From NCBI RefSeq assembly GCF_041956535.1, contig NW_027192196.1, positions 10,273 to 74,272 of the forward strand: DNA of 64,000 nt. Direction: 5' to 3'. Numbering within the stretch: position 1 is the stretch's first letter; each line of letters begins with the position of its first letter. The notes under the pieces were generated by a model. The model saw nothing but the letters and a program-made list of their open reading frames with translations. It searched no databases and was not told the DNA's origin. Position numbers and translations under genes: made by a program. The DNA comes from Calcarisporiella thermophila CBS 279.70 (lineage: Eukaryota; Fungi; Calcarisporiellomycota). Positions 12,453 to 24,299 of this stretch are shown here, piece after piece.

Positions 12453-13851
12453 TTTGAAATCAAAGGTCGTTTTTTGTGTAGAATTAATGTGGAAGTGAAT
12501 TTTTGAATGAGCACACTCAATTCTCATAGACCTCTTCTTTATAGACTCTATGCTCTATGACTTGTCTCTTTCTTGGTAAAATGCCTCATGTATTATTACA
12601 AGTATCTCTCTTACTCATCTTTGGCACAATCCTACTCAAGATTCATATGGGAACCAGCCAAGTCATTATCTGATAAAGGTGTAGCTCATTCAGCCTTAAG
12701 AACATGACTCTCTAACCCAGTGTGTTTGTTTCAAAAGCTAGATGAACCCATAGTAAACACATCGCATTAATATTCTTCATCCACAAGATGGAGCTAACCA
12801 GTATCGTGGGAACACTAGAAAATATGGAAGAGAATATGGAGAATAGGCTAATTAGTTTGCACCAAATTTTAAACAACCAATTCTTACTTTAATTTAGTCA
12901 AAAATTGATTGGGCAGTCAGAAATATCAAGCAAGAATGTAATAGGGGAAATATGTTTCAATGATCATAGCGAAACCATATCCATTTTACCATGACTTTGA
13001 TTATTTCCTGCACACATTTTTCCATATGAGCTGAGTGTGAATAGATTCTGCGTGGTGTTTATTACTTGATATTTTTTTGATTACTATTTTACTTATTAAC
13101 ACTTCAACCAGTGCAATCGAAGAGGTATTATGAGGATTTTTTGATAAACGCTAATTATGTCTTATACGATGACCTGGATAAACACATATAATTTTAAAGA
13201 CCCATACTGAAAGTAAAAAGAGAATAATCTTAAATATCTCGCTTGAATCATATGGTATTCAAAAAGCTTCGAAGATAATTGTAGAAAAACTCTTTCAATA
13301 CAAAAAATGTCTTATAGCAATTAAGTTTCCGCATACTCGCAAACAATGGGCAGGAAATAGGAGACCTCAGTGCTATCAATGTATTGGAAAATATACGTCC
13401 GTTACTATATAAAAGAAGTACTAGAATAACAAGAAAAGAAGTTGGAATAAAACGCGACCTAATTACAAATTTGAACACTTTTCATACAAGTTCTTCCAGC
13501 AGGTAGGCTAACTCTCTCCTACTGTATCTTTACAATTCTTTACACATTATACTCTCCTGCCACTCAAGTCACTTCGTAATTTCAATTATTAAATTTGCTC
13601 CAATACACCAAGGTTTTAACATAGTCGCTCCAGAATTCTTCGTGATTATAGAAATCCTTAACGCACCGCTTTAAAATATTAAAGTCGGGCTTGTTGTGAT
13701 GACTACAAGGGGACTTTTCTCTCCGCATGTAGAGATTTTCTTACGCAAGCCTGAAATAAAAACAAATCAAACTCTCCTTGGAGAATAAAACTTCTTATAT
13801 ACTTCCTTACTCTCATTGAGGGTCTTTTTTTCCGAAAAAAAAATGCGTCAA

Positions 13852-14238
13852 TTACTTAGTTTTACTATGTTTCTGCTTCTGGAGAATCTCAGATTGGGAT
13901 TTGGATTGTGATTTAAAGTGTTGAACCATTCGGGTCATGTGATGGACAGGTACATCTTTCCCTATATGATCTTTTAGGTATCTTTGCACTTCTTCTGCGT
14001 TAGAACATTCACCAGAAGATACTAGCGTTGCTATTTTTCTCTCATCATCCTCGCTCAGAATGGCGGGACGACCAGGGGGTGGAATCGTAATTTTAGTACC
14101 GGGTGGCCTGTTTTCTCTGATTACTTTGGCAGCTGTTGTATAATGTATTTTTAGAGCTTTGGCGATTTGACGAGAAGATTTTCCTGCCTTAGAACGCCGT
14201 AAAATGCTCGCTCGAGCTTTGTCAGAGAGTGGCTTCAT
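13852..14238 (-). CDS. Tc1/mariner transposase-derived double-HTH protein (no DDE domain), 128 aa
   Basis: MKPLSDKARASIL...GKSSRQIAKALKIHYTTAAKVI (HTH1), GRPAIL linker, DERKIATLVSSG..AEEVQRYL (HTH2), basic tail, then stop. No catalytic remnant recognisable downstream. Confidence 0.7.
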   Translation of the reverse strand: MKPLSDKARASILRRSKAGKSSRQIAKALKIHYTTAAKVIRENRPPGTKITIPPPGRPAILSEDDERKIATLVSSGECSNAEEVQRYLKDHIGKDVPVHHMTRMVQHFKSQSKSQSEILQKQKHSKTK

Positions 14239-14580
14239 ATCATTCGAACTACTGATGAGTATCTGTAACACTTGAGTTGATTTAATAGTAGTAGAGCTGG
14301 TGAAGTGAAATCAAACTTTAATGAGCAACTGTGAGCGAAATGAGGCTGTTACAGAAAACCTCTCTTGTACTTCGATCCATTCAGAAAAAAATCCCCAGAT
14401 GAGAGAATATCCTTGAAAAGTGGCTGGCGCAGATTCAAGTATTGGAGCAATGAGCAAGTTAAATTATTTAATTATGCTGTGTGTTCATTTCAATGGAAGA
14501 AAAGTAATAAAGAAATACGATTGAAATTTAATCGAATAAGCAACAATCTAAAAAGCATGTCCGGAGACGCTTTTTATTTC

Positions 14581-14694
14581 AGCGATTGTTGGATTTTTGG
14601 ATGATTTGGATGAATACGGGTTTAGCCAATGAAATTGCAGTATGTCGCTTATTTTTAATCGAATAATCAGAAAATCGCCAACGTGAACAACCCC
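14581..14694. repeat. Extra copy of the PIF/Harbinger element right end (direct repeat of 16106-16219)
   Basis: AGCGATT...TTAGCCA...GAATAATCAGAAAA...CGTGAACAACCCC aligns by eye with 16106-16219, which ends CGTGAACCACCCC. Confidence 0.75.
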
Positions 14695-14739
14695 ATTTAA
14701 TTGTTGAGCATATATCGTCAAGAACGGGCAAAATATATT

Positions 14740-16219
14740 GGGAGTGTTCACGCTCGATTTATTGAATAATTATTGCGATTATAAAACACTCCCAGCCAAT
14801 CATGCACCGCTAATTTTTCTCGCTACGCTAGGGTTATTCACGCTCGATTTTTGGCGTTTTTGTGTTTTGGTTTTTGATCGCATTAATTTTACAAAAAGAA
14901 TTGACATGTTTTAATCAATTGTCATGCCATCACTCTCGGAAAGGGAGATTTTGGAAATTCTTATCGTGTTACATTTGATTCAACTTGAGGAAGCGGATGT
15001 GGATGACTATACTAGTTGGGATTTCGGTCTTTTCTTACTTTTCATTTACACCTCTCGATATTTATCCCCAAGATTTTACATATTCATTAAGTACTTCCAT
15101 CGTATTCTTTGAACGTTTACCACTAGATTTAGCAATTTGAGATTTTGTTCGATTGCTAACAGACGTTGGTGGGGTTGCCCACTCTACATCAGATACGTCC
15201 TCCGCGTCCTCAAAATGGCTCTCCTGGCTTGGGCCGACTTCATTATCCACCGTACTTATGTTGTTTTCTTCTCTATCAATATCAGAGAATATTTCAATGA
15301 GGCACGTCGGATATACGTCCAATACAATTTTGTATTGTATCTAAAAAAATTAGGTTTCACCTTTCAACAGATTCACTGATAATTCTGCCTAGATTTTGAT
15401 CATCTACACTGATAGCTGAGGTACTATACTCGGGCCCAGGAATCTTGTAGGAAGGCGACACATTCTCCCTTGATCCATGGTATCTTTCAAAAATGATCAC
15501 GGTGTTCAAACACTTGAACATCTGATCCGGTCTTCTTTTTTCTCGACAGCTACCCAGAGTTTAAGGAGCGAGTCGTATTTGTTCTTGCACTGTTGTGTAG
15601 TAAAGCCGAGCTTTTTTGACGTACGCTTCCATATCTCCATTTTAATCCCCTTAATATATGTATCCCAATGTTCTTCTACGATTGCGGTCAATGTATCAAT
15701 CTCCTTAGCTGTCCATTTGGCTCGTCGATTGCCAGTCGCCGTATGTGAATGGAGAGATGAAGATGATATTGAAACGCCCTTAGAGCTCAATGTAGAACCA
15801 CTACGCGTTTTCATTTCTAAAAAAAAGTAAAACGATTTTCTAATAAATCTTTTATAACCAAGCTGTATTAATGGAGCAGTTTTTTTTCCTTTCGTAATAT
15901 AGTAGTTCATCTATATAGTTCTTTGAACTTTGTTATTTGAACCCTGGAGATTGTCTGGGTAACCCCTGTAATGTACTAAATCTTCATCATGCATAATTTA
16001 ATGGAACTTCCCACTGTGATAAAGATAAGATATTTTAACTTGTGAATCGAGTTATGATAAATTCGTTTCAGCCAAAAACGCGACTCGAGAGGTGATTATT
16101 TTTAAGCGATTATTACGATTTTCTGAGTATTCTGCTGAAACCAAATTAGCCAGTTAAAATGCAGGATTTTGCTTAATTTTAAGCGAATAATCAGAAAAAT
16201 TGGTAGCGTGAACCACCCC
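14740..16219. mobile_element. Internally deleted PIF/Harbinger-like DNA transposon (transposase N-terminus on +, Myb/SANT partner gene on -)
   Basis: Left TIR-like GGGAGTGTTCACGCT (14740) and AGGGTTATTCACGCT (14830) each match 12/15 to the reverse complement of 16205-16219. 14924+ MPSLSERE...TSRYLSPR resembles a Harbinger transposase start. 15814- encodes trihelix Myb RAKWTAKEIDTL...IW...TTQQCKNKYDSL and, after frameshifts, FERYHGSRENVSP. Confidence 0.7.
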
Positions 16220-16793
16220 ATTATCCAAGAGCGGCACTCATTTATTTTTTGACCCGATTGCATAAAAAGATATATTGTTACTATGTGACCTATCTTCAAA
16301 TTATTAACATCAATAATGCCTGCACTATTTTATCTTATTCAGGAAAGAACAATATCCCTTGATCAAAATGTGAAGATTATATCAAAGTAATCGCATTTTG
16401 CCGAGTATGTCACAGATATTCTCGAAGGTAAGAATTAACACCCTTAAAGAGACTAGAGAATTAGCCGATCTATTATCTCATTTAAATTTCTCTGGAGTGT
16501 TAAACAGAGAAGAAGCAGAGTTTTAAGCCATTCTGGTATTACACTAAAATGTACTAAAACAGGAGAATTTTACCTTAGAGATTACACCAGGTTAGTCACG
16601 AATACCTTGAAAATAGTCACCAAAATAGGAAAAATACCTAGCAAAATCGGAATAAACATCATTTGGTGTCCATTCCTTTTGTACGAGGATATCTTGGCAT
16701 AGAATAACCGTGTAATATAAAAGTCACTCATCCTATTCATCCTGGAGTTCTTATATCACTCTCCTTTTACAATTTAATGATTGCTAAAGCCGA

Positions 16794-17350
16794 TGTATGA
16801 TGATACTGATTGGGAACTAGTCCATGAAGAACCCTTTAATGAGTGGACTTATATCAATCTCTCTAATGATAAGAGTATTGATTTAAGTGTCCTTGGTGAG
16901 CCTTCTAGCATAATTGTGGAGATAGGTTCTACTGTTATCCAAAGGAGCCACATCCAAAAGTTGAATAGTTCCTTACTTGATGATGTTGAAGCCGACTGTT
17001 CAAACTCGTATCCTAAAATATTTTGCAAGTACGACCGCTCTTGTACTTGTCTTGGAATGGACTGTTTGGATTGGGGAGATATAAAAGAAATGGATAAATC
17101 CAAGGCACGTATTCGGCACAAAAATGAGGTAAATCGCCGACATCGAGATGATACATTATATCGGGAAGCAGCAGGACACGGATATCATGCATTCCGCCGA
17201 TTCCCTGGGTGCAGTCGAGGGTGTTGGACAGAGCGGCGTATATTAAATCTTCGGGAGCGTAAGCAGAGAAGACTGCAGTTGAAGAGGGAGATTCTGTCAA
17301 TAAAGAGAAATCCTATGGATTGGAGTTTGCAGGAGTTGACTTGGAATTGA
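16794..17350 (+). CDS. Orphan hypothetical protein (acidic N-terminus, Cys motifs, Arg-rich C-terminus)
   Basis: Intact intronless ORF of about 185 aa in AT-rich DNA, with a TATAAAA-like box near 16716; no recognisable domain. Confidence 0.5.
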
Positions 17351-17779
17351 TAAGATTAGACAGCCAGATATTTAATCTTCATGAATATCTCTACTGCCAA
17401 TTGACCTTCAATAAATATACCAGCCTTCACAATGATGACGCTGTTTATTGGTTAAATCTGAGCTTAGAAATTCCCTTTCCAAGTGATAATGTTTGCACTA
17501 GGTTTAACGCTGGCATTTTGAACATCCAGAATAAGATTCTTCTCACAAATTTGCACGGGGAATAGAGAGTCAGGGAAAGACAAGGGATTGCTGCCACTTC
17601 TATATCCATGTGATGGGACTCAGGACCTCTTCCACTCATATTGCGCTTAAGAGCGCAGCAGAAATACTATTGTCGATAACAAAGCAGGAATGCGTACAGC
17701 CCCAATGCATACTGGCAAACATTCTGTCATTCTCATAGTGTGCTGGATTTAACCTGATAGAGGTGCAAAGTTAAAATTA

Positions 17780-20150
17780 TTAGCATTTGAAGCCGCGCCG
17801 CCCAGTCGATCCTCTCCAATCTCAGCCTCTGTTGCAGAGTGCGCCGCCTAGGCTACCGGTTATCAAGCCGTCTGGATCAGGTGCCGATCTATCGTTCTGG
17901 TAAATTCAAAATGCATTTTCGCAATCGCACTACGGACCTCAGGTAACCGCATATGTGCCGTGTTCCACCCTCCCTTAAAGGCGCAGGGATTTAAATGAGA
18001 GGCCGAAAGCTTGTCACAAAGTCGATATGATAGCAAATCTCCGCCCTCAATCATTTTCATGGCTGCCAACGCAGTGACTACTAGAGTGCCTTTGGATGCC
18101 CTTACCCAGCAGCATGTAAGGTTGCTCTGGGCATGGAATAGTGTAGGCAAGCCAGGCAAGGTGCGTACCAAAAGTGCTGACCAAGCAACAAGGGGCAGAG
18201 TCGCCTTGACTCTACTACCAGTTGAGTGACTTCATAACGCAATGCTGTTAGTATGTTAAGTGCGTTGGAAATGCTCACGGTGAGTGCGCGATTCATTGAA
18301 ATGTGAGATGGCGCCGCTACAACTACCATCGCCCATGCTGCCAAGGCATCAGTGAACCATGCAGCAGTCCCCCCTCCCCTCGCTAGTCTCGTATCTGCGA
18401 TCCTGCAGGACCAAATGCGCGGTCTGCGCGTGTATAGCCTTGCAGAGTTTCCGAAGAAATCTCTAAAATCATGCTAGTCATCAAGTCGACGCTGGGGCCG
18501 TCTCATATGTATCGTGGCACCTCCTGAGACAAGAAGCATAAGAATCTTAAAAACTGTGCGGATCTCGCTCGTGGAGCTGGATTGTGCGAGCGATGATAAG
18601 CCAAGCATTCTAAAGACACCTAATTGAATCCCATTTTGATGCAACGCAGCAGGTGTGAGTCTCCGGTCGGGACATGCAACCCAAGGACAAACTACGCCAG
18701 GCGTACTGTGCTGGGGTCTAACAATGCTGCTACGGCAATCAATTTTTTCATTGGTTATCGCCTCTAGCAGTCCAAGTCCCTCCAGCACCCTGTCAGTCAC
18801 CAGGCTGCTAAAATGCCACGTCCACCCGATGGCGGGATGCCGCATTGCAGTTTGCATGTCTGTTGTGCGGTACTCGGTACATCAAGCCACACAGACATGG
18901 CCGCCTCAGTTGTATATGGTACCCACATCCCCGATAATTTGCTTGTCACTTGAGCTATTTCCTCCTCCGGCATGTGCTGCAGTGGGGCTGGAGAGGTGCT
19001 CTGTGTCTAATTGCCCCATCGCCATCCCAGGAACCAACGCATAATATCAATGCTTATTATCCACAAGCGTCGGTGTGATTACTGTGTGATTGCGCACGTA
19101 TTTATGCTATTGGTCTCTAATCCAGCCACTCTCTGAAGTTCCAGTTGGTGATTGTGCGGGCAATTGAGAACCGCACAAAATTAGCAAGAAATAGTAGCTG
19201 CCCAAGTTTGCCACGACCCATCAGAGCTGCGGTCCAGGCGATGTAATACGCAATGCTAAGAGCTCTCAATCACTTGCTGAGCACGAGGTCCCTTGTAAAA
19301 GCTTCCCGCAGTTCTTTGTGTTCACGCAATGGCATCTGCTGTTGAGCCTACTCGTACCAGCTCTCTTGTATCGTCGTAGAAACTACTGGCCATTGGTACA
19401 GTTTTCATTCTGGGTGTGGGCCAAGAGTCAGTGGACGGACTATTATCTCTTGCCTGCACCAGCCAATCACACATCATTCTGATGGGACCTTGCAAACCGT
19501 GTGGTTTCCAAGCCATATGAATGTCCCGTATCGCAGAACACACGTAGCAATTGCAGAACACACGTAGCAATTGCGCCAGTCCAACAGCCAGCCTGTCAGG
19601 GCAATAGCAATCACGTCTTCTGTGGTTATGCGGACAGCATTCTCCAGCAGAGTTGTCTCTGCGCTAGCTGGATGCATGCAGGCACTAACCGGTACATCAC
19701 CTAGAAACGGAGCTAAATGAAAGCCGGTGATTTCATAATAGTGATCTCCACCACATCGGTTTAAATGCTGATGGCATCCATATGCCATGAATCCTGTATC
19801 TACGTCGTTTGTGGCATATGCGGCAGCGGCCCAATACAAAGGGGTGCGCTCAAACACACGATGCATCAAATATTCGACCCCTTCTACCTCCCTAATCTTA
19901 CTTTCATCTCGAATCAAACGCCTCCTCTGTATACCTATATATGGCATAGAAACAGAGGAACGCCCATACCAGCAACGCTCTCTCTTCATTGCCATGCAAT
20001 TATTCCTCTACCGAATACAGTACTAACCTCATCCTATCTTAATGTATACTTAATGATATCGGAGGAAAATGCACACAAGTGTCCTCTTCAGCAGATGAAT
20101 GCTTTCTATCCGCGATCAAAAATGTGGCCACCCACTCTGGCTTGACACAT
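17780..20150 (-). other. Decayed intronless long ORF; candidate endogenous dsRNA-virus (Ghabrivirales: toti/chrysovirus-like) capsid gene
   Basis: Minus-strand fragments 19474-19995, 19322-19570, 18474-18857, 18102-18344 and 17863-18171 tile the island. Removing a 20-bp tandem duplication fuses the first two into a 218-codon frame containing SAIRD...MCDWLVQARDNSPSTDSWPTPRMKTVP. Confidence 0.45.
19533..19574. repeat. Perfect 20-bp tandem duplication (GCAGAACACACGTAGCAATT x2) causing a frameshift
   Basis: Read directly at 19533-19552 and 19553-19572. Confidence 0.95.
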
Positions 20151-21472
20151 TTAATGCACCCTTTATCTGGAGCTTTTACACGAAATAACTTCATGTTCGA
20201 ACTCGTCTGCTAGTTAGTCATATTCCATACTCCGAAACGAAAATTACGCAATACGCATTGCAAAAGTTATCCCGAGGATCCAAGAGAACAATGTGATTGC
20301 AGCTGGACTTAAAATAAGGGTCCTTTGGCTAAGAACTCAGTGGCTTTTGGAAGTATATTTTTGCTGGATGGATATCCATTTACCTAAATAAAGGGAACAA
20401 ATTGGATAAAGCTGAGCAGTAGCTGGGCTCTTCATATCAAAAAACTACTTGTTCAATCTGGAACCTCTTGTAGCCCTTATGATCCTAACCACAACTACTT
20501 ATATGCGAAAGGCTCCTATCTTATCGGGCGGTTATCAAGACTATTACCTATAGTATTTATTTTGCTAAATTGGAATGTGAAAGTTTCGCCAAGAAGTACT
20601 ATAGGATAGACAGATAATGGAATAACGTTTTGAATTTTCTTACCCTTAGCATAACATTTCGCCGAAATAGCTAAAGATAAATATGACGCAAGCGCCGATA
20701 TAATCAACACTAGGAAAATCGATGGTATTTATAATAATTATCAATGACCTAATTGAAAGGAAAAACTTGGTGCGAATTCGACTCCGCTAGATAACTTTTT
20801 GACGGATCATTATCATATTATTGAAACTCTTGAACCTAATCAAAGTACCAAAAGATGATATCAATAGGAACACAACTGTCTAGTTGCATTGCAATGGTTG
20901 CAGATATAAACAGGTCGTGAAAGAGCATGTTTAAGCAGAGTGTTAGGTTTAAGTAGGTTAAGGTATAAATAGTCTGTGAATTGCTATATCTAATATAATA
21001 AATGATATCGGATCATTCGGAGTTTCGATTACATTTAACTAAACGACCAAAGCAATCTCTCTAAAATTCAATGATTACAAATGATTATTATTGTTTAAAG
21101 AAACTCAATACTTCAATAACTGAGTTTCAGACATAAAGGATATCTAGGACAGATAGGAAATTATACAGAACAAAATTTCAAGATATCCTTTATAACTCGC
21201 ACTGAAAGAAAGCGGGAATTTTGTAAACAATTTTGGACACCTAAGACACCTAACCTGAACAAATATTTAGCCCTCGGTGCTTGTGTCATAAAATTCAATC
21301 CTTATTGAATATTTTTCAAATGATGTATCTCATTCGGCGTAAATATGTTCCTAAATTCGTGTGCTTAGTAGTTAATTTGGTTACTCGACCATTATATCCG
21401 ATTTCGACTATATATATAGCGTAGGCATGAAGGAGAGAATTCCAATTAAATTGAGAAATATTTTGGAAAAAC

Positions 21473-22545
21473 ATGTCTACCTACACGATTACAGCTTATG
21501 GTACCGCTCCACCGGCCGATTTTAAAAAGGTTACATATAAAGCCGGCCCATTGAAGTCAAATGAAGCGCTTATAAAGATTCTGTGTTGCGGTTTTTGCTA
21601 CACTGACTTCTACAGCCTCGGGAAGGATGGCAAAATTCTCGGTCACGAAGCTGTTGGCATTGTAGAAGAAATCGGAGATGGGGTTAAGAACATAAACGTT
21701 GGAGATGTGGTTGGATTCGGCTACCAAAGATCCTCTTGTGAGCATTGTGAACAATGCGAAACTGGGAACGATAATTTGTGCAAAGATAAAGTAGTATACA
21801 GCGATGACGGCGTACAAGCTGGCTTTGCACAGCATGCTATCTGGGACGCAAGTTTCGTATTCAAGATCCCGAAGGAGATTGAGCCTAAGTATGCAGGGGT
21901 ATGAGTATGATCATAAAGCAGATTGATATCATATTTTAACTCTACCTATATTAATTTCTCCAGCCTCTAATGTGTGCCGGAGCCACTGTCTTTGGAGCGT
22001 TTTATAACTATAACCTCAGCCCAACAGCTACTGTGGGAGTGATCGGGATTGGTGGACTTGGCCATCTGGCACTCAAGTTCGCTCGTGCGTGGGGATGCAA
22101 AGTTGTTGCGCTTTCAGGTTCAGCCAATAAGAAGGAAGAAGCCCTCGAACACGGCGCACATGAATTTTGGAATACGCGCGAAGTCCTGACCTCGGTCGAG
22201 GAGGCACAAAAACTTCCTAAACTAGACTTCATCCTCAATACTGTTTCCGGCGATTTACCATGGGATTACTATATGCACCTGCTCAGGCCCAATGGTCTTT
22301 TCATCATAGTGGGAATCCCGAGTAAAGACTTTACGCTCCCAGCCATTCCTTTCTTCCAACAAGTAAGATTCGCAGGATCAGTGATCGCTAGTCGCGCTGT
22401 CCAAAAGAAAATGCTGGAGTTTGCTGCCAGGCATAACATAGTGCCACAAATTGAGGAGTTCTCCATGACGGAACAAGGGCTTAAGGAGGCAATGCAGAAA
22501 ATCAAGGAAAATACCATCCGATACCGTGCAGTTTTGATGGCCTAA
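21473..22545 (+). CDS. Zn-dependent NADP(H) alcohol dehydrogenase (cinnamyl-ADH/Adh6/Ahr-like), 2 exons
   Basis: GFCYTD, GHEAVG, structural Zn CEHCEQC..C, PLMCAGATVF, GIGGLGHLA, RYRAVL; intron 21899..21963. Confidence 0.93.
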
Positions 22546-23019
22546 GAATAATACCGATGGTTTTTCGATTCAGATTAAGTAGGCGTACATTTTTTGCCTA
22601 TATCTGATATCGTGCTTTTTGTGGACAATATAATCCCGCATATCATTATATGACTTAAATATTCACTATTCAATATAAAACAGATCTGTATATTACTATG
22701 TTAGATGCTATAAAGTAAAATATGAAATGCCAACCTTTACTCATCAATAATTAGTTTGATAAAAATGAAAATTTGAGGCGTGATAATCTCAAACGTGGTT
22801 GGCTCTAAATATTTTTTTTTAAGAAAATTTAATAGATGGGATACCACCATAAGCTTTATGATTCAATCTTTGCCATTTTGATTATAACACGACAACGATA
22901 TAATTAACAAAACAATTTTAGTGAGCTTCAGTTAAAACCTTTTTATTTTGCATATCAGAACACGTAAATGAAAAACATGGAAATTTAGGAATCAAGAAAG
23001 ATCCCTTCAAGCGTAAGGT

Positions 23020-23256
23020 TTATTGAACAGCCCCATCAGGAATGCAGATAAGCTCATGTGTAGAACTCCAGTAATTGGGCTCGCAATGGGAGGTGCTTCC
23101 GCAATATTGGCTTTCCCAGTAATTATTTTTGCATCGATAAATGGTCCTGCCATCGTCGCTGCATTTCTCTTGGTCTCCATAACAAGCGTTGGTGTAGGCT
23201 TGAGCGCTGGCAATAAAAATGCAAGCTATCAGTGCCGAAATCATAACAATCTTCAT
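23020..23256 (-). CDS. Small secreted 6-Cys protein, CBM19-like chitin-binding module only
   Basis: Signal peptide MKIVMISALIACIFIASAQA; C-x6-C(SDDG)-x9-C...W-x4-C-x5-C pattern like CBM19. Confidence 0.7.
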   Translation of the reverse strand: MKIVMISALIACIFIASAQAYTNACYGDQEKCSDDGRTIYRCKNNYWESQYCGSTSHCEPNYWSSTHELICIPDGAVQ

Positions 23257-23714
23257 AGTGTCGTCCTCTTAGTTTCTATATATCGTGAACCGATGAATTT
23301 GTAAAAATTTGTAAATAAAAATTCAGTGAATTCAGTAATTTTTGCAAAGAGCAAAAACGTGGTTTATATATAATATTCCAATACACCTTATTCTAAATAT
23401 AGCATCGATTTAGACAAGGGCGTGCGAAAGAAATTCGTTGGCGCATATTTTCTATTGTTTTAAAGCTATAGTACAATTGGATTTCATAGGCAATGGTAAG
23501 CAGTCTGTTTAAGACAACCGAATCAGTCTGGAATTGCCAAACTCTCGATCGGATCTCTCACCAATTAGAAGTCCATAGAACTAATTTAAATGTTCAAATA
23601 ATCATTGAATATCAAGAGTGGCTATTTCGAATTTTCCATTTCATTTATACTCGTTGATAATGTACAGTAAATCAAGGTAGTTGAAGAATACAAAAAAAAG
23701 TCCAATACAAAGGA

Positions 23715-23940
23715 TGCCATTTACTAACCCATTCCTCCTTCGTCGGCACATTGTATATTTTTGCTAAAGAAGAAACATATTAAATAGCCAATCACTGCAA
23801 TAAACTTTTATTTTTGACTCCTGACATTGCCGTTTACTAAGCCCATTCCTCCTCCGTTGGCAAATTATTTAGGTTTTGCTAAAGAAGAAACATTCTAAAT
23901 AACCAAAGATTGCATTAACTTTTGTCCTTGGATCCTGGGT
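23715..23940. repeat. Imperfect tandem duplication, unit about 113 bp
   Basis: TGCC.TTTACTAA.CCCATTCCTCCT...TTTTGCTAAAGAAGAAACAT...AACTTTT...TCCTG occurs at 23715 and 23828. Confidence 0.85.
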
Positions 23941-24299
23941 ATTTCCTTGACGAGAACCCATGATCCATTAAAGTTTCAGCAAATGCAATTATCGGTTATT
24001 TCCACACTTTTAGCTGATTGCGCTTTTTGGAACATGGAGAGCTGTCTTTGCCTTGTATAGCTTTTTCACGGAACCTAGCCTATGAATAGGTTGCGATGTA
24101 TACCGAAAATAAATTAAGAGGCTAAGCGAACTAGGCTCTTTCGTTTTCAAACAGGCTTTCATTCGTCCACGTTCCCCAACTTTTGCCCACGATTTAATGA
24201 TCGAATTCGAGAACTTTGGCAACATACAGGTATCATTTAATTTAAAAAAAATTTACAATTAATAATAGTAATGAGAGTCCCTCCAAATCTAGAAGAATA

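Noticed and set aside
11400-13750. Short coding-looking minus-strand stretches (about 11400-11900 and 13480-13750)
   Set aside because: Multiple stops and no recognisable family; probably old relics but not supportable.
18520-18570. AQFLR in the second island as a totivirus RdRp EFLR motif
   Set aside because: It lies in a stop-ridden frame with no GDD or SG..T..N motifs upstream.
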